Shown here piece by piece: positions 20,175 through 31,662 of a stretch of 64,000 nt of DNA; position 1 is the first letter of the stretch; each line of letters starts with the position of its first letter. The position numbers were made by a program, and so were the translations under genes. The DNA comes from Methanofastidiosum sp. (lineage in GTDB: Archaea; Methanobacteriota_B; Thermococci; Methanofastidiosales; Methanofastidiosaceae): positions 830,796 to 894,795 of the forward strand of contig JAXGZJ010000001.1 in NCBI GenBank assembly GCA_040771805.1. Reading direction: 5' to 3'. The notes below the pieces were generated by a model. That model made no database searches and was not told the DNA's origin. It worked only from the letters and a program-made list of their open reading frames with translations.

Positions 20175-21370
20175 CTCCTAATAACTTCGGACAATCTTTT
20201 GACCCCCATATTTATCTCTTCATCTTTTGGGAAGGAGAAATTCAATCTCATCGTATTCCTTCCTAGACTTTCTTCTATATAGAAAGCGCTTCCAATAACA
20301 TAAGCAACATTTGAATTAATTGCGTCTGTAAACATTTCTTTTGTGTCCATATATTCTGGAAGAATTATCCAATTGAACATTCCTCCCTGGGGTCGTGTCC
20401 ATTTACATTCTTTTGGCATGTATTCCTCCAAGGAGGATAACATTACGTCTCTTTTGTTTTTATAGAAATTTAATATTTTTACTAGATGTTTTTCTAAGTA
20501 ATTATGGCAATATACTGCAGCTATCCTCTGACCAAAAGTATTGGTATGTAAATCAACTGCTTGTTTTGCAATTACCATTTTTTTCATCAATTCTCCATTT
20601 CCCACTGCCCACGCTATCCTAAATCCGGGGGCAAGTATTTTAGAGAAAGTACCTAAGTAGATGACGCGTCCATCTGTATCGTATGACTTTATAGCTTTGA
20701 GATGTTCTCCTTCATACCTAAGCTCTCCATACGGATTGTCTTCTATTACGACAAGATCATAGTTATTAGCTATCCTAATTATTTCTTTTCTTCTTTTTTC
20801 ACTTGTTGTAATCCCAGTAGGATTATGGAAGTTAGGAACTAAATAAAGTATTTTGGGCTTCTTTCCATCTTCCCTTAAAGTTTCAATAGTTTCAACTAAC
20901 AAATCTGTTCTTATGCCCTGATCGTCAGAAGGAATATCTACAAAATTACATAAATATGATCTAAATGCACTCAAGGCTCCAAGGTAACTTGGAGCTTCTA
21001 CTAATACCACATCTCCAGGATTGATTAATATTTTGGATATTAGATCTAATCCTTGTTGTGATCCGTGAGTAATTAGAATATCGTCTTGAGTACATATGAT
21101 ACCGTATTTACACATCATCTCGGCAATATATTGTCTTAGCTCTGGATCACCTTCTGTAAGTCCATACTGTAAACCATTGTTATTTGAATTTAAAACATCA
21201 TTTGTAATTTTTTTAATCTCTTCCAAGGGAAATGTTTGGGGATTTGGAAGACCGCCTGCTAGAGAGATTATCCCAGGTTTTTGGGTGAGCTTAAGAATTT
21301 CTCTAATCTCTGATGCTTTTACTCTCTTTGCAGTTTCTGAAAATAATGAATCATCCATATAAATCAACAT
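20165..21370 (-). CDS. PLP-dependent aminotransferase, class I/II fold
   Basis: LAGGLPNPQTFP N-terminal motif and SFSKILAPGFRIAW PLP-lysine motif. Confidence 0.75.
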   Translation of the reverse strand: MLIYMDDSLFSETAKRVKASEIREILKLTQKPGIISLAGGLPNPQTFPLEEIKKITNDVLNSNNNGLQYGLTEGDPELRQYIAEMMCKYGIICTQDDILITHGSQQGLDLISKILINPGDVVLVEAPSYLGALSAFRSYLCNFVDIPSDDQGIRTDLLVETIETLREDGKKPKILYLVPNFHNPTGITTSEKRRKEIIRIANNYDLVVIEDNPYGELRYEGEHLKAIKSYDTDGRVIYLGTFSKILAPGFRIAWAVGNGELMKKMVIAKQAVDLHTNTFGQRIAAVYCHNYLEKHLVKILNFYKNKRDVMLSSLEEYMPKECKWTRPQGGMFNWIILPEYMDTKEMFTDAINSNVAYVIGSAFYIEESLGRNTMRLNFSFPKDEEINMGVKRLSEVIRRWI

Positions 21371-21383
21371 AAAGAAAAATTTA

Positions 21384-22397
21384 TTATAATTTAAATAACT
21401 TTCTTTTATTTATAGATTTTTTTAAGATACCTTCCATGAGACCTTTTAACAACCCTAAGATTATAGGCCCGTAGAGTAGACCCAATGCTCCAAACATATA
21501 TGCTCCGCCTAAGAAACTTACCAAAACAATGAAAGGATGTAATTGTGCTTTGTTTCCACCAAGTTTTGGAAAGATATAAAAATTATACAATATAAAAAGA
21601 AATATTACTCCATAAGTTAAAATAATCAAGCCTCTAATCATGTCGCCAACTAAGAGATAGTAAAATCCGACTGGAACGAATACTGTCCATGGGCCCACAA
21701 CAGGTAATAATGCAGCCAATCCTGTTAATAGGCCTAAAAGGAATGAATATGGAACTCTAACTAACAAAAAACCAATTGTTGCAAGAAGAGAAATAATCAT
21801 TGCGCTCATTACATTTGCATATATTAAACCGTTTATTACGGTCTTGGTAGGGCCAAGTATGTCAATCATCTCTTTTCGATAAACATCTGGTATAATTTTC
21901 TCAAAATATCCTTCCACTTTCTCCCTTTCACTTAGGAAATAAAAAAGAGAAAGGAATAACACCACTACATTCATCAATGTAAGAGGAAGTTCTCCCAAAA
22001 TACTGGAAAAAAAATCCGAAATGTTGATTATCTGAGGAAATGTTTCAGAAATTACTCCGTAGAAAGGGCTAGCTTTGACATCTAATCCCAAGAAATCAAA
22101 TATCGTAGTGATATTCTCTTTTTTTAGTATTTGTGTGACATAATTAAGCTGCTCAACAGCTTTGTAGAATCCATATAGTATGGTAATGAGAAACGGGGCA
22201 GATATAAAAAGAGTCGTAAGCGCAGCCGATAAACCTCTTCTGTTTAGCTTACTATTAATGTAGTTGTAAACAGGAAAAAATGCATAAGAGAATATTAATC
22301 CGCCTAATATGCCTGAAATAATTGGGTAGACTAGGTATATACCGAGTATCAACACAAGGGAAACAAATGTTAATTTAATTATAGCAACTCTATCCAT
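21384..22397 (-). CDS. AI-2E/PerM-family membrane transporter (UPF0118)
   Basis: Multi-pass membrane protein with LLPVVGPWTVFVPVGFY-type C-terminal region typical of PerM. Confidence 0.65.
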   Translation of the reverse strand: MDRVAIIKLTFVSLVLILGIYLVYPIISGILGGLIFSYAFFPVYNYINSKLNRRGLSAALTTLFISAPFLITILYGFYKAVEQLNYVTQILKKENITTIFDFLGLDVKASPFYGVISETFPQIINISDFFSSILGELPLTLMNVVVLFLSLFYFLSEREKVEGYFEKIIPDVYRKEMIDILGPTKTVINGLIYANVMSAMIISLLATIGFLLVRVPYSFLLGLLTGLAALLPVVGPWTVFVPVGFYYLLVGDMIRGLIILTYGVIFLFILYNFYIFPKLGGNKAQLHPFIVLVSFLGGAYMFGALGLLYGPIILGLLKGLMEGILKKSINKRKLFKL

Positions 22398-22435
22398 AAC
22401 TATCCTACTTGTTTTCTTTTTTAAAACTTAGCCAA

Positions 22436-23068
22436 TCAAGAAACTTTATTAGATTTTTTATCTTTGATCATTTTAAGCCTATACTTATTTTCTCGTTCTA
22501 GTTCTTCCAATCTAAAATCAATAAACTTCTTTTCTGATTCTAATTTAGGTATAATTTTTGATTCTAGTGCATTAACTCTTCTTTTTGTTATTTCAATATC
22601 CTTTAGAAGTTTTTTAAGAGTTGATTCTGCTTCAACAGCCTTTATTATATATTTGAGAACTTTCTCATATTCTTCTATAGTTTCATCAATCTTTGAAGAA
22701 GTGGATAAAATACTATATCCCCTCTCACTTATTCCTGTTTTAAATGATACATTAGATATTTGGGGAACTTTAACGCCCATGATATTTTTACTATCTAATT
22801 GAAATTCAGGATTACCTTTTTTTATTAATGCACATGAAGATACAGCTAAATTGCCCTCAAAGGCAATTGTCATCCCTAAGTATTTTTTTGCTACTTCGTA
22901 GCTCTCTTCAAGTGTTTCTTGAGCTTCTTTTGCATCTTTTACAAAGCCAAAAAGATTAAATATTAAACCATCCCGTTTTTTCTTTAAAATAACATAACCT
23001 GTTTTAGAAAGTTTAATTTTTTTTCGGAGCTTGATCAACTCTGACCTAGTAGGCTTTATTTTGGGCAT
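22436..23068 (-). CDS. atpD: A-type ATP synthase subunit D
   Basis: [33 protein letters not shown] matches the conserved subunit D N-terminus; last gene of atpHIKECFABD. Confidence 0.85.
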   Translation of the reverse strand: MPKIKPTRSELIKLRKKIKLSKTGYVILKKKRDGLIFNLFGFVKDAKEAQETLEESYEVAKKYLGMTIAFEGNLAVSSCALIKKGNPEFQLDSKNIMGVKVPQISNVSFKTGISERGYSILSTSSKIDETIEEYEKVLKYIIKAVEAESTLKKLLKDIEITKRRVNALESKIIPKLESEKKFIDFRLEELERENKYRLKMIKDKKSNKVS

Positions 23069-24437
23069 CTCTAAAACTCCCGATATATTTTTCAATTAAC
23101 TCATCACTTACTCTGAGCAATTTTTCTTCAGGGAGTTTAGATAATATCCTCCATCCAATATCTAAGGTAGTTTGTATCTCCCTATTTTCATTAGATTTTT
23201 GTGCAATGTAATTCTTTTCAAAATCATCGGCAAAATCTAAAAATAATTTGTCTGATTTTGAAAGGGATTCTTTACCTACAATTGAAACAATTCCTCTTAG
23301 ATCTTTCCCTTCTGCATATGCGGCATACAACTGATCCGACACAGACTTATGATCCTCTCTAGTCTTACCTTTTCCAATACCTTTACTCATCAATCTTGAG
23401 AGGGATGGGAGTACATCAATTGGAGGGTATATCCCTTTTCTTTGGAGATCTCTAGAAACAATAATTTGTCCTTCTGTAATATAGCCTGATAAATCCGGTA
23501 TGGGGTGGGTGATATCATCACCGGGCATTGTTAGAATTGGAACTTGAGTAACTGAGCCATTTTTACCCTCAATTTTGCCAGCCCTTTCATAAATTGAGGC
23601 AAGATCTGTATACATATAACCAGGATAACCCCTTCTTCCAGGAACTTCTTCTCTTGCAGATCCTATTTCTCTCAAAGCTTCGCAGTAATTTGTCATATCA
23701 GTCATTATTACTAACACGTGCATGTTATAATTAAACGCAAAAAATTCAGCTGTTGTCAATGCAATTCTAGGTACAATTATCCTTTCAATTGACGGATCTG
23801 AAGCAAGATTTAAAAAAACTATGCCTCTTTCTAATGCACCCGTTTTTTCAAAGTCACTGATAAAATACTTTGCTTCTTCTTCAGTTATTCCCATTGCAAC
23901 AAAAATAACTACAAAGCTCTCTGTACAATCCAAAACTGTAGCTTGTCTTGCTATTTGTAATGCAAGTTCATTATGAGGTAATCCTGATCCAGAAAATATT
24001 GGTAATTTTTGCCCTCTGATTAAAGAATTCATTCCATCTATGGCGGATACTCCAGTCTGAATGAATTCTTGTGGCGGAGATCTTTTATAAGGATTGATAG
24101 GGAGTCCATTGATATCTAATCTAGCTTCTGGTACTACTTTTGGGCCCCCATCTAAAGGATCCCCTGAGCCAGAAAACACTCTACCCAGCATGTCATAAGA
24201 AACAGGAAATTTTAACACATCACCATAAAATTTCACATATGCATTTTTATCTATGTTTCTAGTTCCTTCAAAAATTTGAACAACAACTTTATTTTCAGAT
24301 GTTTCTAACACTTGGCCTCTTTTAATACTCCCATCTGAAAGGGTGATTTTAACAAATTCTCCATATCCTATATTTTTAACACGTTCCAAGAAAATTAAAG
24401 GCCCTTTTACTGAAGTAATTGTCTTATATTCTTTCAA
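23046..24437 (-). CDS. atpB: A-type ATP synthase subunit B
   Basis: Non-catalytic nucleotide-binding subunit; [10 protein letters not shown]-loop-like region, typical length 463 aa. Confidence 0.9.
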   Translation of the reverse strand: MKEYKTITSVKGPLIFLERVKNIGYGEFVKITLSDGSIKRGQVLETSENKVVVQIFEGTRNIDKNAYVKFYGDVLKFPVSYDMLGRVFSGSGDPLDGGPKVVPEARLDINGLPINPYKRSPPQEFIQTGVSAIDGMNSLIRGQKLPIFSGSGLPHNELALQIARQATVLDCTESFVVIFVAMGITEEEAKYFISDFEKTGALERGIVFLNLASDPSIERIIVPRIALTTAEFFAFNYNMHVLVIMTDMTNYCEALREIGSAREEVPGRRGYPGYMYTDLASIYERAGKIEGKNGSVTQVPILTMPGDDITHPIPDLSGYITEGQIIVSRDLQRKGIYPPIDVLPSLSRLMSKGIGKGKTREDHKSVSDQLYAAYAEGKDLRGIVSIVGKESLSKSDKLFLDFADDFEKNYIAQKSNENREIQTTLDIGWRILSKLPEEKLLRVSDELIEKYIGSFRDAQNKAY

Positions 24438-24444
24438 AAAATCT

Positions 24445-26205
24445 TCACTCTCCTAGAAGTGCTTTAAACTCTTTAGACATTGTTTCATTTATCAAACCTA
24501 TTTTTCTCTCGAAATCTTTTCTATATCGCACTTTAGACAACTCTGCTCGAGATTCAAGTTTTAGTAATTTGTCAATTTCAATTCCACTTTTAATTGCATT
24601 GTTGCCTAATCGAGAAAATCTAATAATTGCGTTTAAAAGTGAAAATTGCCTCTTTAAAGAATGAAATTCATCGACTTCATGATAAGAATCTTGTTGCAAA
24701 AATATTTCTCGTAACATTCTAGCGACATCTAATATGAACTGTTGGTCCGAGGGGAGTGCATCTGCACCTACAAGCTGCACGATTTCCTGTAGTTCAGCTT
24801 CTTTTTGTAATATTTTCATTGCTTCAGTTCTAGTTCTATCCCAATCAATAGAGATTTTACTCTCAAACCACTCTTTTAGTGAGTCATAGTAAAGTGAATA
24901 AGATTCAAGCCAGTTTATTGAGGGGAAATGTCTTTTTTGAGAAAGATTTGAATCTAGGGCCCAAAATGTTTTAGTAATTCTAAGTGTATTTTGAACTACC
25001 GGTTCGGAGAAATCTCCTCCTGGAGGGGAAACTGCGCCTATGATAGTTACCGAACCTATCTTCCCCCCTAATGTGACAACTATACCGGCTCTCTCATAAA
25101 AACTAGATAGCCTAGAAGATAGATATGCAGGATACCCTTCTTCACCTGGCATCTCCTCCAATCTTGAAGAAATCTCTCTCATGGCTTCTGCCCATCTAGA
25201 TGTTGAGTCTGCCATAAGTGCAACATCATACCCCATATCTCGATAGTATTCGGCAATTGTAATTCCTGTATAGATTGAAGCTTCTCTTGCTGCTACTGGC
25301 ATATTTGAAGTATTAGCTATCAGAACAGTTCTATCCATAAGGGGGCTGCCTGTTACAGGGTCTACTAGTTTAGGGAACTCTGTAAGAACATCAATCATTT
25401 CGTTTCCCCTTTCCCCACACCCAATATAAACAACTACTTTAGTATCGCTCCATTTAGCTAGTTGCTGTTGTATTACGGTCTTACCGCTTCCAAATGGCCC
25501 TGGAATAGCTGCAGTCCCGCCCTTTGCTAGGGGAAACAAAACATCCATAATTCTCTTGCCTGTAACTAAAGGAGCATTTGGGATCATTTTATCTTTGAAG
25601 GGTCTTGGAACTTTAACAGGCCACCTTTGATACATTTTAATAACTGTGCCATTATCCAACCTACACAATATATCTTCAGCAGTATATTTTCCTTGTTCAA
25701 CGATGTCAATAATTTCTCCTTGAATATTTGGAGGTGACATTATGAAGTGTTTTGTATGTTCATTCTCATTTACATACCCAATTGATTCGCCCAAATTTAT
25801 TCTATTTCCTTTTTTCTTTAACGGAAAGAATTCCCATTTCTTTTCTCGATCAATTCCCGGTACTTCAGCTCCTCTTTTAATAAATTCTCCCATTTGTTCA
25901 GAAAGTTTAGGCAATGGCCTCTGAACTCCGTCATATATTGAACCAAGTAATCCGGGTCCTAACTCTACAGATAAAGGCATACCTGTTGTAATTACTTCAT
26001 CCCCAGGTTTTAATAATGAAGTATCCTCATATACCTGAATAATTGTCTTATCATGATCAATTTCTATTACCTCACCAAATAATCCTTTGTTACCTACTCG
26101 GACTAATTCGTTTATTTTAGCATCAACATTTGTTGCTACGACTACCGGTCCGGAGACTCTATACACTGTACCTTTACTTCCCAAATTAATTACCCCAGAG
26201 GTCAA
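24445..26205 (-). CDS. atpA: A-type ATP synthase catalytic subunit A
   Basis: Walker A GPFGSGKT; 586 aa, no intein insertion. Confidence 0.9.
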   Translation of the reverse strand: MTSGVINLGSKGTVYRVSGPVVVATNVDAKINELVRVGNKGLFGEVIEIDHDKTIIQVYEDTSLLKPGDEVITTGMPLSVELGPGLLGSIYDGVQRPLPKLSEQMGEFIKRGAEVPGIDREKKWEFFPLKKKGNRINLGESIGYVNENEHTKHFIMSPPNIQGEIIDIVEQGKYTAEDILCRLDNGTVIKMYQRWPVKVPRPFKDKMIPNAPLVTGKRIMDVLFPLAKGGTAAIPGPFGSGKTVIQQQLAKWSDTKVVVYIGCGERGNEMIDVLTEFPKLVDPVTGSPLMDRTVLIANTSNMPVAAREASIYTGITIAEYYRDMGYDVALMADSTSRWAEAMREISSRLEEMPGEEGYPAYLSSRLSSFYERAGIVVTLGGKIGSVTIIGAVSPPGGDFSEPVVQNTLRITKTFWALDSNLSQKRHFPSINWLESYSLYYDSLKEWFESKISIDWDRTRTEAMKILQKEAELQEIVQLVGADALPSDQQFILDVARMLREIFLQQDSYHEVDEFHSLKRQFSLLNAIIRFSRLGNNAIKSGIEIDKLLKLESRAELSKVRYRKDFERKIGLINETMSKEFKALLGE

Positions 26206-26488
26206 CTCCGATTATATGCTTAATTTTATCTCTTAAAATATCGCTCAGTTTTAATCCTAAAACAATTACTGCCGGTTTTACAGATGTGTCGACTCTTAAT
26301 TTAGCTTTATTTGAAAGAGTGTTGTAATATTCAGGCTGGATTATTATTATCCCCACATCTTTATCTTTAAACATATCGTTAAGATAATCTTCAAATTGTC
26401 TACCATCTATAATCCTTTTATTTTTTCTTATGCCCAATAGTTTGAATCCTGTCACAAAATCTTCATCCCCAATTACTCCAAATTCCAT
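26186..26488 (-). CDS. atpF: A-type ATP synthase subunit F
   Basis: ~100-aa protein in the conserved position between atpC and atpA. Confidence 0.75.
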   Translation of the reverse strand: MEFGVIGDEDFVTGFKLLGIRKNKRIIDGRQFEDYLNDMFKDKDVGIIIIQPEYYNTLSNKAKLRVDTSVKPAVIVLGLKLSDILRDKIKHIIGVDLWGN

Positions 26489-27525
26489 CAGATCACCAAA
26501 CTATTTTCGATTATTTTTTTTTCTAGATTAGAAGCTTTACCTCTAGATATTTTTCTTAGATTATCAACTTCTATTTTTTTGGAAATGATATAATGGAGAA
26601 CAGGCATTATGTTAAAGGAATCGCCAATAAAGTATTCTTTTGCACATTTCATCAGGTATTTCTCTAAATATTCCTCCAAATAAAATAAAGTAGTTTCATG
26701 TAAATGCTTTTCTATTATTGATCCATATGGAGTCATTTTAACTTTCTTTAAAAAATCCTCTTCATTTGATCTTAAGAGTGATGATAATTCTTTAACATTA
26801 AAAAATAATCCTCCCTCTATTGTATTTTTCTTCTCTTCTTCAATGCCAAATCCATATCTTTTCATCCTTAAGATATTTTTTATGTTTGTTATATCAATTT
26901 CAGTTTTTATAAACTTAATAAAAATAGATTTTTTTTCATTCCTAAATTTTTCAAGAATATTTTTGTAATATTCCTTGAAGAGTTCCGATTCCAAATCAGC
27001 TATTTCTTTATTTTCATCAATAAATTCAAATCTTTCTATTTTTTTTAATTTCTTGATTACCTCCCCATAAGTAGATGTTTTAACTAGAGATTGAATAAAA
27101 TTAAATGGCATCTCCCCTATTGGAATAAGTGTTTTTTCAATCTCGTATTCAGAGGAGTTAGAATACTTTCCCCTTAAAACAGCTATAATGTTATGGATAT
27201 CCCATTTACTAAATATTGCAAAAGCATATTTTGAAGCTGCTTTACCCCCCATTTTAATTAGCTTATTGTAAGTATTTCCCAAATTATAATTAATCGAGTA
27301 TTCTATTAGTTCTACGCCTTTGTAATTCCCTGATAAAGATTCAATCTCATATTTATAATTTCCTTCCCCTAAAAATCTAGCTATCTGAGAAATTTCCATA
27401 TTTAGGAGTTTGAAATAGGTATTCTCTTTATATAATTTGCTTTGCATAGCCCTTACTCTAGTATTAAGATAACTGTAGTTTGTTTCTTCAAAATAGGGAC
27501 TAGAGATGGATACACTTGAACCCAT
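26488..27525 (-). CDS. atpC: A-type ATP synthase subunit C
   Basis: ~345-aa helical protein in the conserved position between atpE and atpF. Confidence 0.75.
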   Translation of the reverse strand: MGSSVSISSPYFEETNYSYLNTRVRAMQSKLYKENTYFKLLNMEISQIARFLGEGNYKYEIESLSGNYKGVELIEYSINYNLGNTYNKLIKMGGKAASKYAFAIFSKWDIHNIIAVLRGKYSNSSEYEIEKTLIPIGEMPFNFIQSLVKTSTYGEVIKKLKKIERFEFIDENKEIADLESELFKEYYKNILEKFRNEKKSIFIKFIKTEIDITNIKNILRMKRYGFGIEEEKKNTIEGGLFFNVKELSSLLRSNEEDFLKKVKMTPYGSIIEKHLHETTLFYLEEYLEKYLMKCAKEYFIGDSFNIMPVLHYIISKKIEVDNLRKISRGKASNLEKKIIENSLVI

Positions 27526-28078
27526 ATTCTACCTCGCTAAAGGAAATATCCCTGATTTCTTTCAAATTGTTTTCAAACACATGGCGTAAAATCGTTTCAA
27601 AGGTGAAATCTTCTTTAATTTTTCCTGTAGCATCTTCAGCCAAAATTCCTCCTACGGCATTAACATTTCCACGGTACCTTTTCCCTATCTGTTCCCGAAT
27701 ATAATTTTCATCTTTTTTATTTGAAAAAATATATTCAAGATCCATCGAAAGAAGTAATTTTTTTAAGATAGCCTCTTTTTGACTTTGATCAATGTTTTCG
27801 AGTCTATTTTTAGCCTCAAGAAAGATTTCTCCGAGTACGTCGTATTCCATTTTTAATCTCTTTCTTTTAATTTCAAGATTAGTTTTGGAAGCTTCAGTTT
27901 TAGCAAGTAAAGAAATTTTTTCTTTTAGAGTTTCCTGTTTTTTTAGTTTTAGATTATTTATGGCAATATCAATCTCTTTTAATTTTATTGCTTTTTTTTC
28001 TTCTACTTCATTATCATAGTCTCTAGCTATTTTTTTGGCATCTTCAATTATGTTTTTTGTTATCGTACTTACGTTCAT
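27500..28078 (-). CDS. atpE: A-type ATP synthase subunit E
   Basis: ~190-aa coiled-coil-rich protein at the conserved operon position. Confidence 0.75.
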   Translation of the reverse strand: MNVSTITKNIIEDAKKIARDYDNEVEEKKAIKLKEIDIAINNLKLKKQETLKEKISLLAKTEASKTNLEIKRKRLKMEYDVLGEIFLEAKNRLENIDQSQKEAILKKLLLSMDLEYIFSNKKDENYIREQIGKRYRGNVNAVGGILAEDATGKIKEDFTFETILRHVFENNLKEIRDISFSEVEYGFKCIHL

Positions 28079-28087
28079 TTGATCATC

Positions 28088-28330
28088 CTAAAGAAGTTGC
28101 GGTAACACCACAAAAAGAAGGACTAATGATACAGTAAGTCCGAAGATAACTATTGTTTCTGGAATTACAGTAAGAACTAATCCCTTACTAAAAAGCTCTT
28201 CTTTTTCAGTAATCGCTCCTACTGCAGCAGAACCTATGTGTTTTTCTGCCCATGCTGCTGCAAATCCTGTTGCTATAACTGAAATGACAGAGCTTAATAC
28301 AACTATTGCAATTATTAATTGTTCCATCAA
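28088..28330 (-). CDS. atpK: A-type ATP synthase subunit K (proteolipid/c subunit)
   Basis: 80-aa two-helix hairpin with the conserved ion-binding Glu (VIPETIVIFGL). Confidence 0.85.
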   Translation of the reverse strand: MMEQLIIAIVVLSSVISVIATGFAAAWAEKHIGSAAVGAITEKEELFSKGLVLTVIPETIVIFGLTVSLVLLFVVLPQLL

Positions 28331-28344
28331 ATCACCTCATCTTA

Positions 28345-29979
28345 TTATGTTCCAAATGGTTTATATTTTACGCCTCCACCTTCATAGAATTTTGTGAAAA
28401 ATTCAACATAATGCAATCTCAAGGCATGCAGGAAACTAGCAATGATTCCAAGTAATATATTCCCCATATGACCTCCAATCAATACAATATAACCTAATAA
28501 TATAAAAACACCACCTTTGGGAAAAATTACTTTTGTAACAATACTATTTATTACAATAGCTATCCCTACTGAAGAAAGACCAATAGCCATAAGTCTTAGA
28601 TAAGACAAAATATTACTCATTAAACTAAATATATGTATTAATCCTATAAATCCTTCTCCGATGATTAGTAGAATAATCGAAGTTAAAAAAAGACTAATTC
28701 CGATGTAGAAAAATGGTCCAGACATATAAATATTAATTGTAAGGAAAATTATTGAAAATATTAGCATAATCCATGAACCTTTTTCTAGTATGGCTTTTTT
28801 CAAGTTATGATTGCGATAGTGATTAATAAATCCAAATGATAGGCCTAAAAGAATGTGGAAAATACCAATGGCCATTGAAAGAATCATTATCGGCATAAAA
28901 TCAGTAATTCTGTTTAAAACAGGCATTTGAAGGCCAAATATTTTATCAATTCCTAGAAAATGGAAGATACCAAATCCAAAAAATTCTCCATAAATAATCC
29001 CAAATATGATTGTATATAAGCTTGAATATTCCAAAATACCAAGGATCATCCCCCAACCCTCAGTTTTAAATTTAGTTTTCATAAATAAAGATGTAAAAAA
29101 TATTGTCAATCCGTACCCAATATCCCCTAACATTATTCCATAAAATAATGGGAAAGTAATAAAAATTGCAAACGTAGGATCAATCTCTTTAGTTTTAGGG
29201 TATTCAAACAATTCAAGTAGTAATTCGAATGGCTTTATTGGAATCGGGTGCTTAAATTCAATAGGCACATCTTCATTATGACTAAATTTGACTTTATCAA
29301 TTGTGACTCTATTATTAAATTTTTTCTTGAGGATACTTTTGATATCTTGGTATTTGTTTTCAGGTATCCAGCCTTCAATAAGGAAAGTATTCTTAGTAGT
29401 TGTAAATCTTAATGGGGCTTCCATTTTTTCTATTTCATTTGATAAAAAATCTTCATATTGTAATAGATGAATTGATTCTTGCTCAATTATAGCATCCATC
29501 TGATCTTTTAATTCAGTCCTATATGCTTCAAGCTGCGATTTGGAAGAAATTAGATTATTAACCGAAGAAATTATTTTTTTTTCGATGCCTATGCCTTTTA
29601 ACTCTCCAATTGATTCAATATTTTCAATCTCTTTAAGCACTGAGTCTATTTTACCAATTTTTTCTGAATATCCTTTAATAATATTTTCAGTTTCAAAAAC
29701 TTCTTTTTCAAGATTTCTTGAAACTTCACTTTTAGTATAAGTTGCCTTAATATTCCCTAATCCATTATCAAACTTATGTAACAAAGACCTAATTGAAATT
29801 AATAATTCTGAAAAAATTGCAACTTCACCTAAAGATTTTCCAACTTCAAATGTCTCATCGTGCTCTTTAAAGTCTATAATATGAATTATTTTTAAAGAAT
29901 GAAGGATATCAATAGTTTCCTTCATATTATCTTTAGTTCCGACTAATACGATTTTAGTCATTCTTACGTTAGAGTTCAT
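28345..29979 (-). CDS. atpI: A-type ATP synthase subunit I (a-subunit homologue)
   Basis: Hydrophilic N-terminal half and multi-TM C-terminal half; 544 aa. Confidence 0.85.
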   Translation of the reverse strand: MNSNVRMTKIVLVGTKDNMKETIDILHSLKIIHIIDFKEHDETFEVGKSLGEVAIFSELLISIRSLLHKFDNGLGNIKATYTKSEVSRNLEKEVFETENIIKGYSEKIGKIDSVLKEIENIESIGELKGIGIEKKIISSVNNLISSKSQLEAYRTELKDQMDAIIEQESIHLLQYEDFLSNEIEKMEAPLRFTTTKNTFLIEGWIPENKYQDIKSILKKKFNNRVTIDKVKFSHNEDVPIEFKHPIPIKPFELLLELFEYPKTKEIDPTFAIFITFPLFYGIMLGDIGYGLTIFFTSLFMKTKFKTEGWGMILGILEYSSLYTIIFGIIYGEFFGFGIFHFLGIDKIFGLQMPVLNRITDFMPIMILSMAIGIFHILLGLSFGFINHYRNHNLKKAILEKGSWIMLIFSIIFLTINIYMSGPFFYIGISLFLTSIILLIIGEGFIGLIHIFSLMSNILSYLRLMAIGLSSVGIAIVINSIVTKVIFPKGGVFILLGYIVLIGGHMGNILLGIIASFLHALRLHYVEFFTKFYEGGGVKYKPFGT

Positions 29980-30328
29980 CTATGTACCTCATGAATTTAG
30001 TAAGAATAGCTTCAATTGCTTTATCTTTTTTTCTTAAAGCTTGATCTCTAACTTTTTCAATTTCTCGCACACCTTCCGAGATAGATCTTTGTTTTTCCAT
30101 ATATATCTTATCAATTTCTAATTTTTGCTGTTTATCAATGTCTAAATCAAGTTCATGTTTCCTTTTTTCAAGTATTTTTTCAAACTCCAAATCCAATTCA
30201 GCTAAACGGATTTTACGATTCTCTTCAGCTTCCGCTATGATTTTTTTTGCAGTATCTTCTGCCTTTTTTATTTCTAAGAGTATCTCTGATTTTTCCATAA
30301 AAATGCAGCCAATTATCGACTTAGTCAA
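29969..30328 (-). CDS. atpH: A-type ATP synthase subunit H
   Basis: Small charged coiled-coil protein at the head of the operon; true start may be the internal Met at 30298. Confidence 0.65.
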   Translation of the reverse strand: MTKSIIGCIFMEKSEILLEIKKAEDTAKKIIAEAEENRKIRLAELDLEFEKILEKRKHELDLDIDKQQKLEIDKIYMEKQRSISEGVREIEKVRDQALRKKDKAIEAILTKFMRYIDEL

Positions 30329-30420
30329 GAAAAAATCATTTATATATTTTTGGATAACACTTAAGCCCTATACTTCAAAACAGTTATTATGTATGGGCTC
30401 ATTGATATCTTAATTTCGAG

Positions 30421-30975
30421 TTACACCAAACCTTCATCAATTAAGGATTTTTTGACTCGCTCTATTGCCTTAATAACATCTTCCTCTGATTTAGCTCCGG
30501 TACATACAACTTTGCCACTTCCAAATAGAAGTAATACTACTTTTGGCTCTTTTAATCTATAGATTAAACCCGGGAATTGTTCAGGTTCGTATTCGCAATT
30601 TGGGAGAGTCAGGATAATATCATCAAGATTTAATTTCATTTCTAAGTCGCCAGATGCAACGATATTTTGCACTACTATATCTGGCTCTTTCTCCATCGGA
30701 GTGCCGTAATCTTTCAAAATTTCGATTATTTTAAATATTGCCCTTCTAGATTCTTCAGGGGATTTGGCTCCAGTGCACACAAGTTTCCCACTTCCAAAAA
30801 CTAAGGTGGCAGTCTTTGGTTCATCAAGTCTTATTACCATTCCTGGGAACTGTTCTGGCTCATACTCAATGTTATCTAAAGAGCTAGCGGCTTTAACAAG
30901 ATCGACTCTATTAAATAGATTAGCAGAAGTAACAACATTTTGAACCGTCATTTTATATTTACCTAATTTAGACAA
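30421..30975 (-). CDS. tbp: TATA-box-binding protein
   Basis: Two direct repeats (LVFGSGKLVCTGAKS and LLFGSGKVVCTGAKS) with EYEPEQFPG in each half. Confidence 0.9.
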   Translation of the reverse strand: MSKLGKYKMTVQNVVTSANLFNRVDLVKAASSLDNIEYEPEQFPGMVIRLDEPKTATLVFGSGKLVCTGAKSPEESRRAIFKIIEILKDYGTPMEKEPDIVVQNIVASGDLEMKLNLDDIILTLPNCEYEPEQFPGLIYRLKEPKVVLLLFGSGKVVCTGAKSEEDVIKAIERVKKSLIDEGLV

Positions 30976-31090
30976 AAGATACCTCCGATATTACTATATA
31001 ACTTATAAGGAGTAATTTATAAATGTATTTATAAAAGTTATGTAATAGGGCATTTCAATCAATTGAAGAAATAATTTGAAAAAATTAAAA

Positions 31091-31615
31091 TCAAGTAATG
31101 AAATTGAAATATTTATTTACCCTTTTTTCAACTAGAAATGCCATAATAATTTTTATAATATCGCCAGGAATAAAGGGAACTCCTCCTACGAAAATGGCTT
31201 TACTTATTTCTATGTTTGTAATAAATGAAAGCCACAATATTCCAACTATATATATTGGAGCTATTGAAAATAAGAAACTAGAAAAACGGAGCTTGTCATT
31301 GTTTATTTTTTCATAGAAAAATCCGGTCATATATGCCCCGAATACAAATCCAATAAGAAATCCACCTGTTGGGCCTAATAGTATCCCGACTCCACCTGTG
31401 AAGTTATGAAAAATCGGGGCCCCCATTGCGCCAATTCCAATATATATTATTTGACTTAAAGCACCTAATCTTTTACCGAGAATTGCGCCTGAAAGCAAAA
31501 CAAAAAATACTTGTAATGTTAAAGGGACGGGGTAAAATGGAATTGAAATAAAACCTCCAACTGCGGTAAGTGCTGCAAACAATGCGACAAAAGAGATTTC
31601 TTTAGATTTTTTCAT
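31091..31615 (-). CDS. bioY: BioY-family biotin transporter S component
   Basis: PVPLTLQVFFVLLSGAILG ... LLGPTGGFLIGF motifs. Confidence 0.7.
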   Translation of the reverse strand: MKKSKEISFVALFAALTAVGGFISIPFYPVPLTLQVFFVLLSGAILGKRLGALSQIIYIGIGAMGAPIFHNFTGGVGILLGPTGGFLIGFVFGAYMTGFFYEKINNDKLRFSSFLFSIAPIYIVGILWLSFITNIEISKAIFVGGVPFIPGDIIKIIMAFLVEKRVNKYFNFIT

Positions 31616-31662
31616 TGATTCACCAATTGTAAACTAAATAATGATTTAAGTTTACAATCTAT

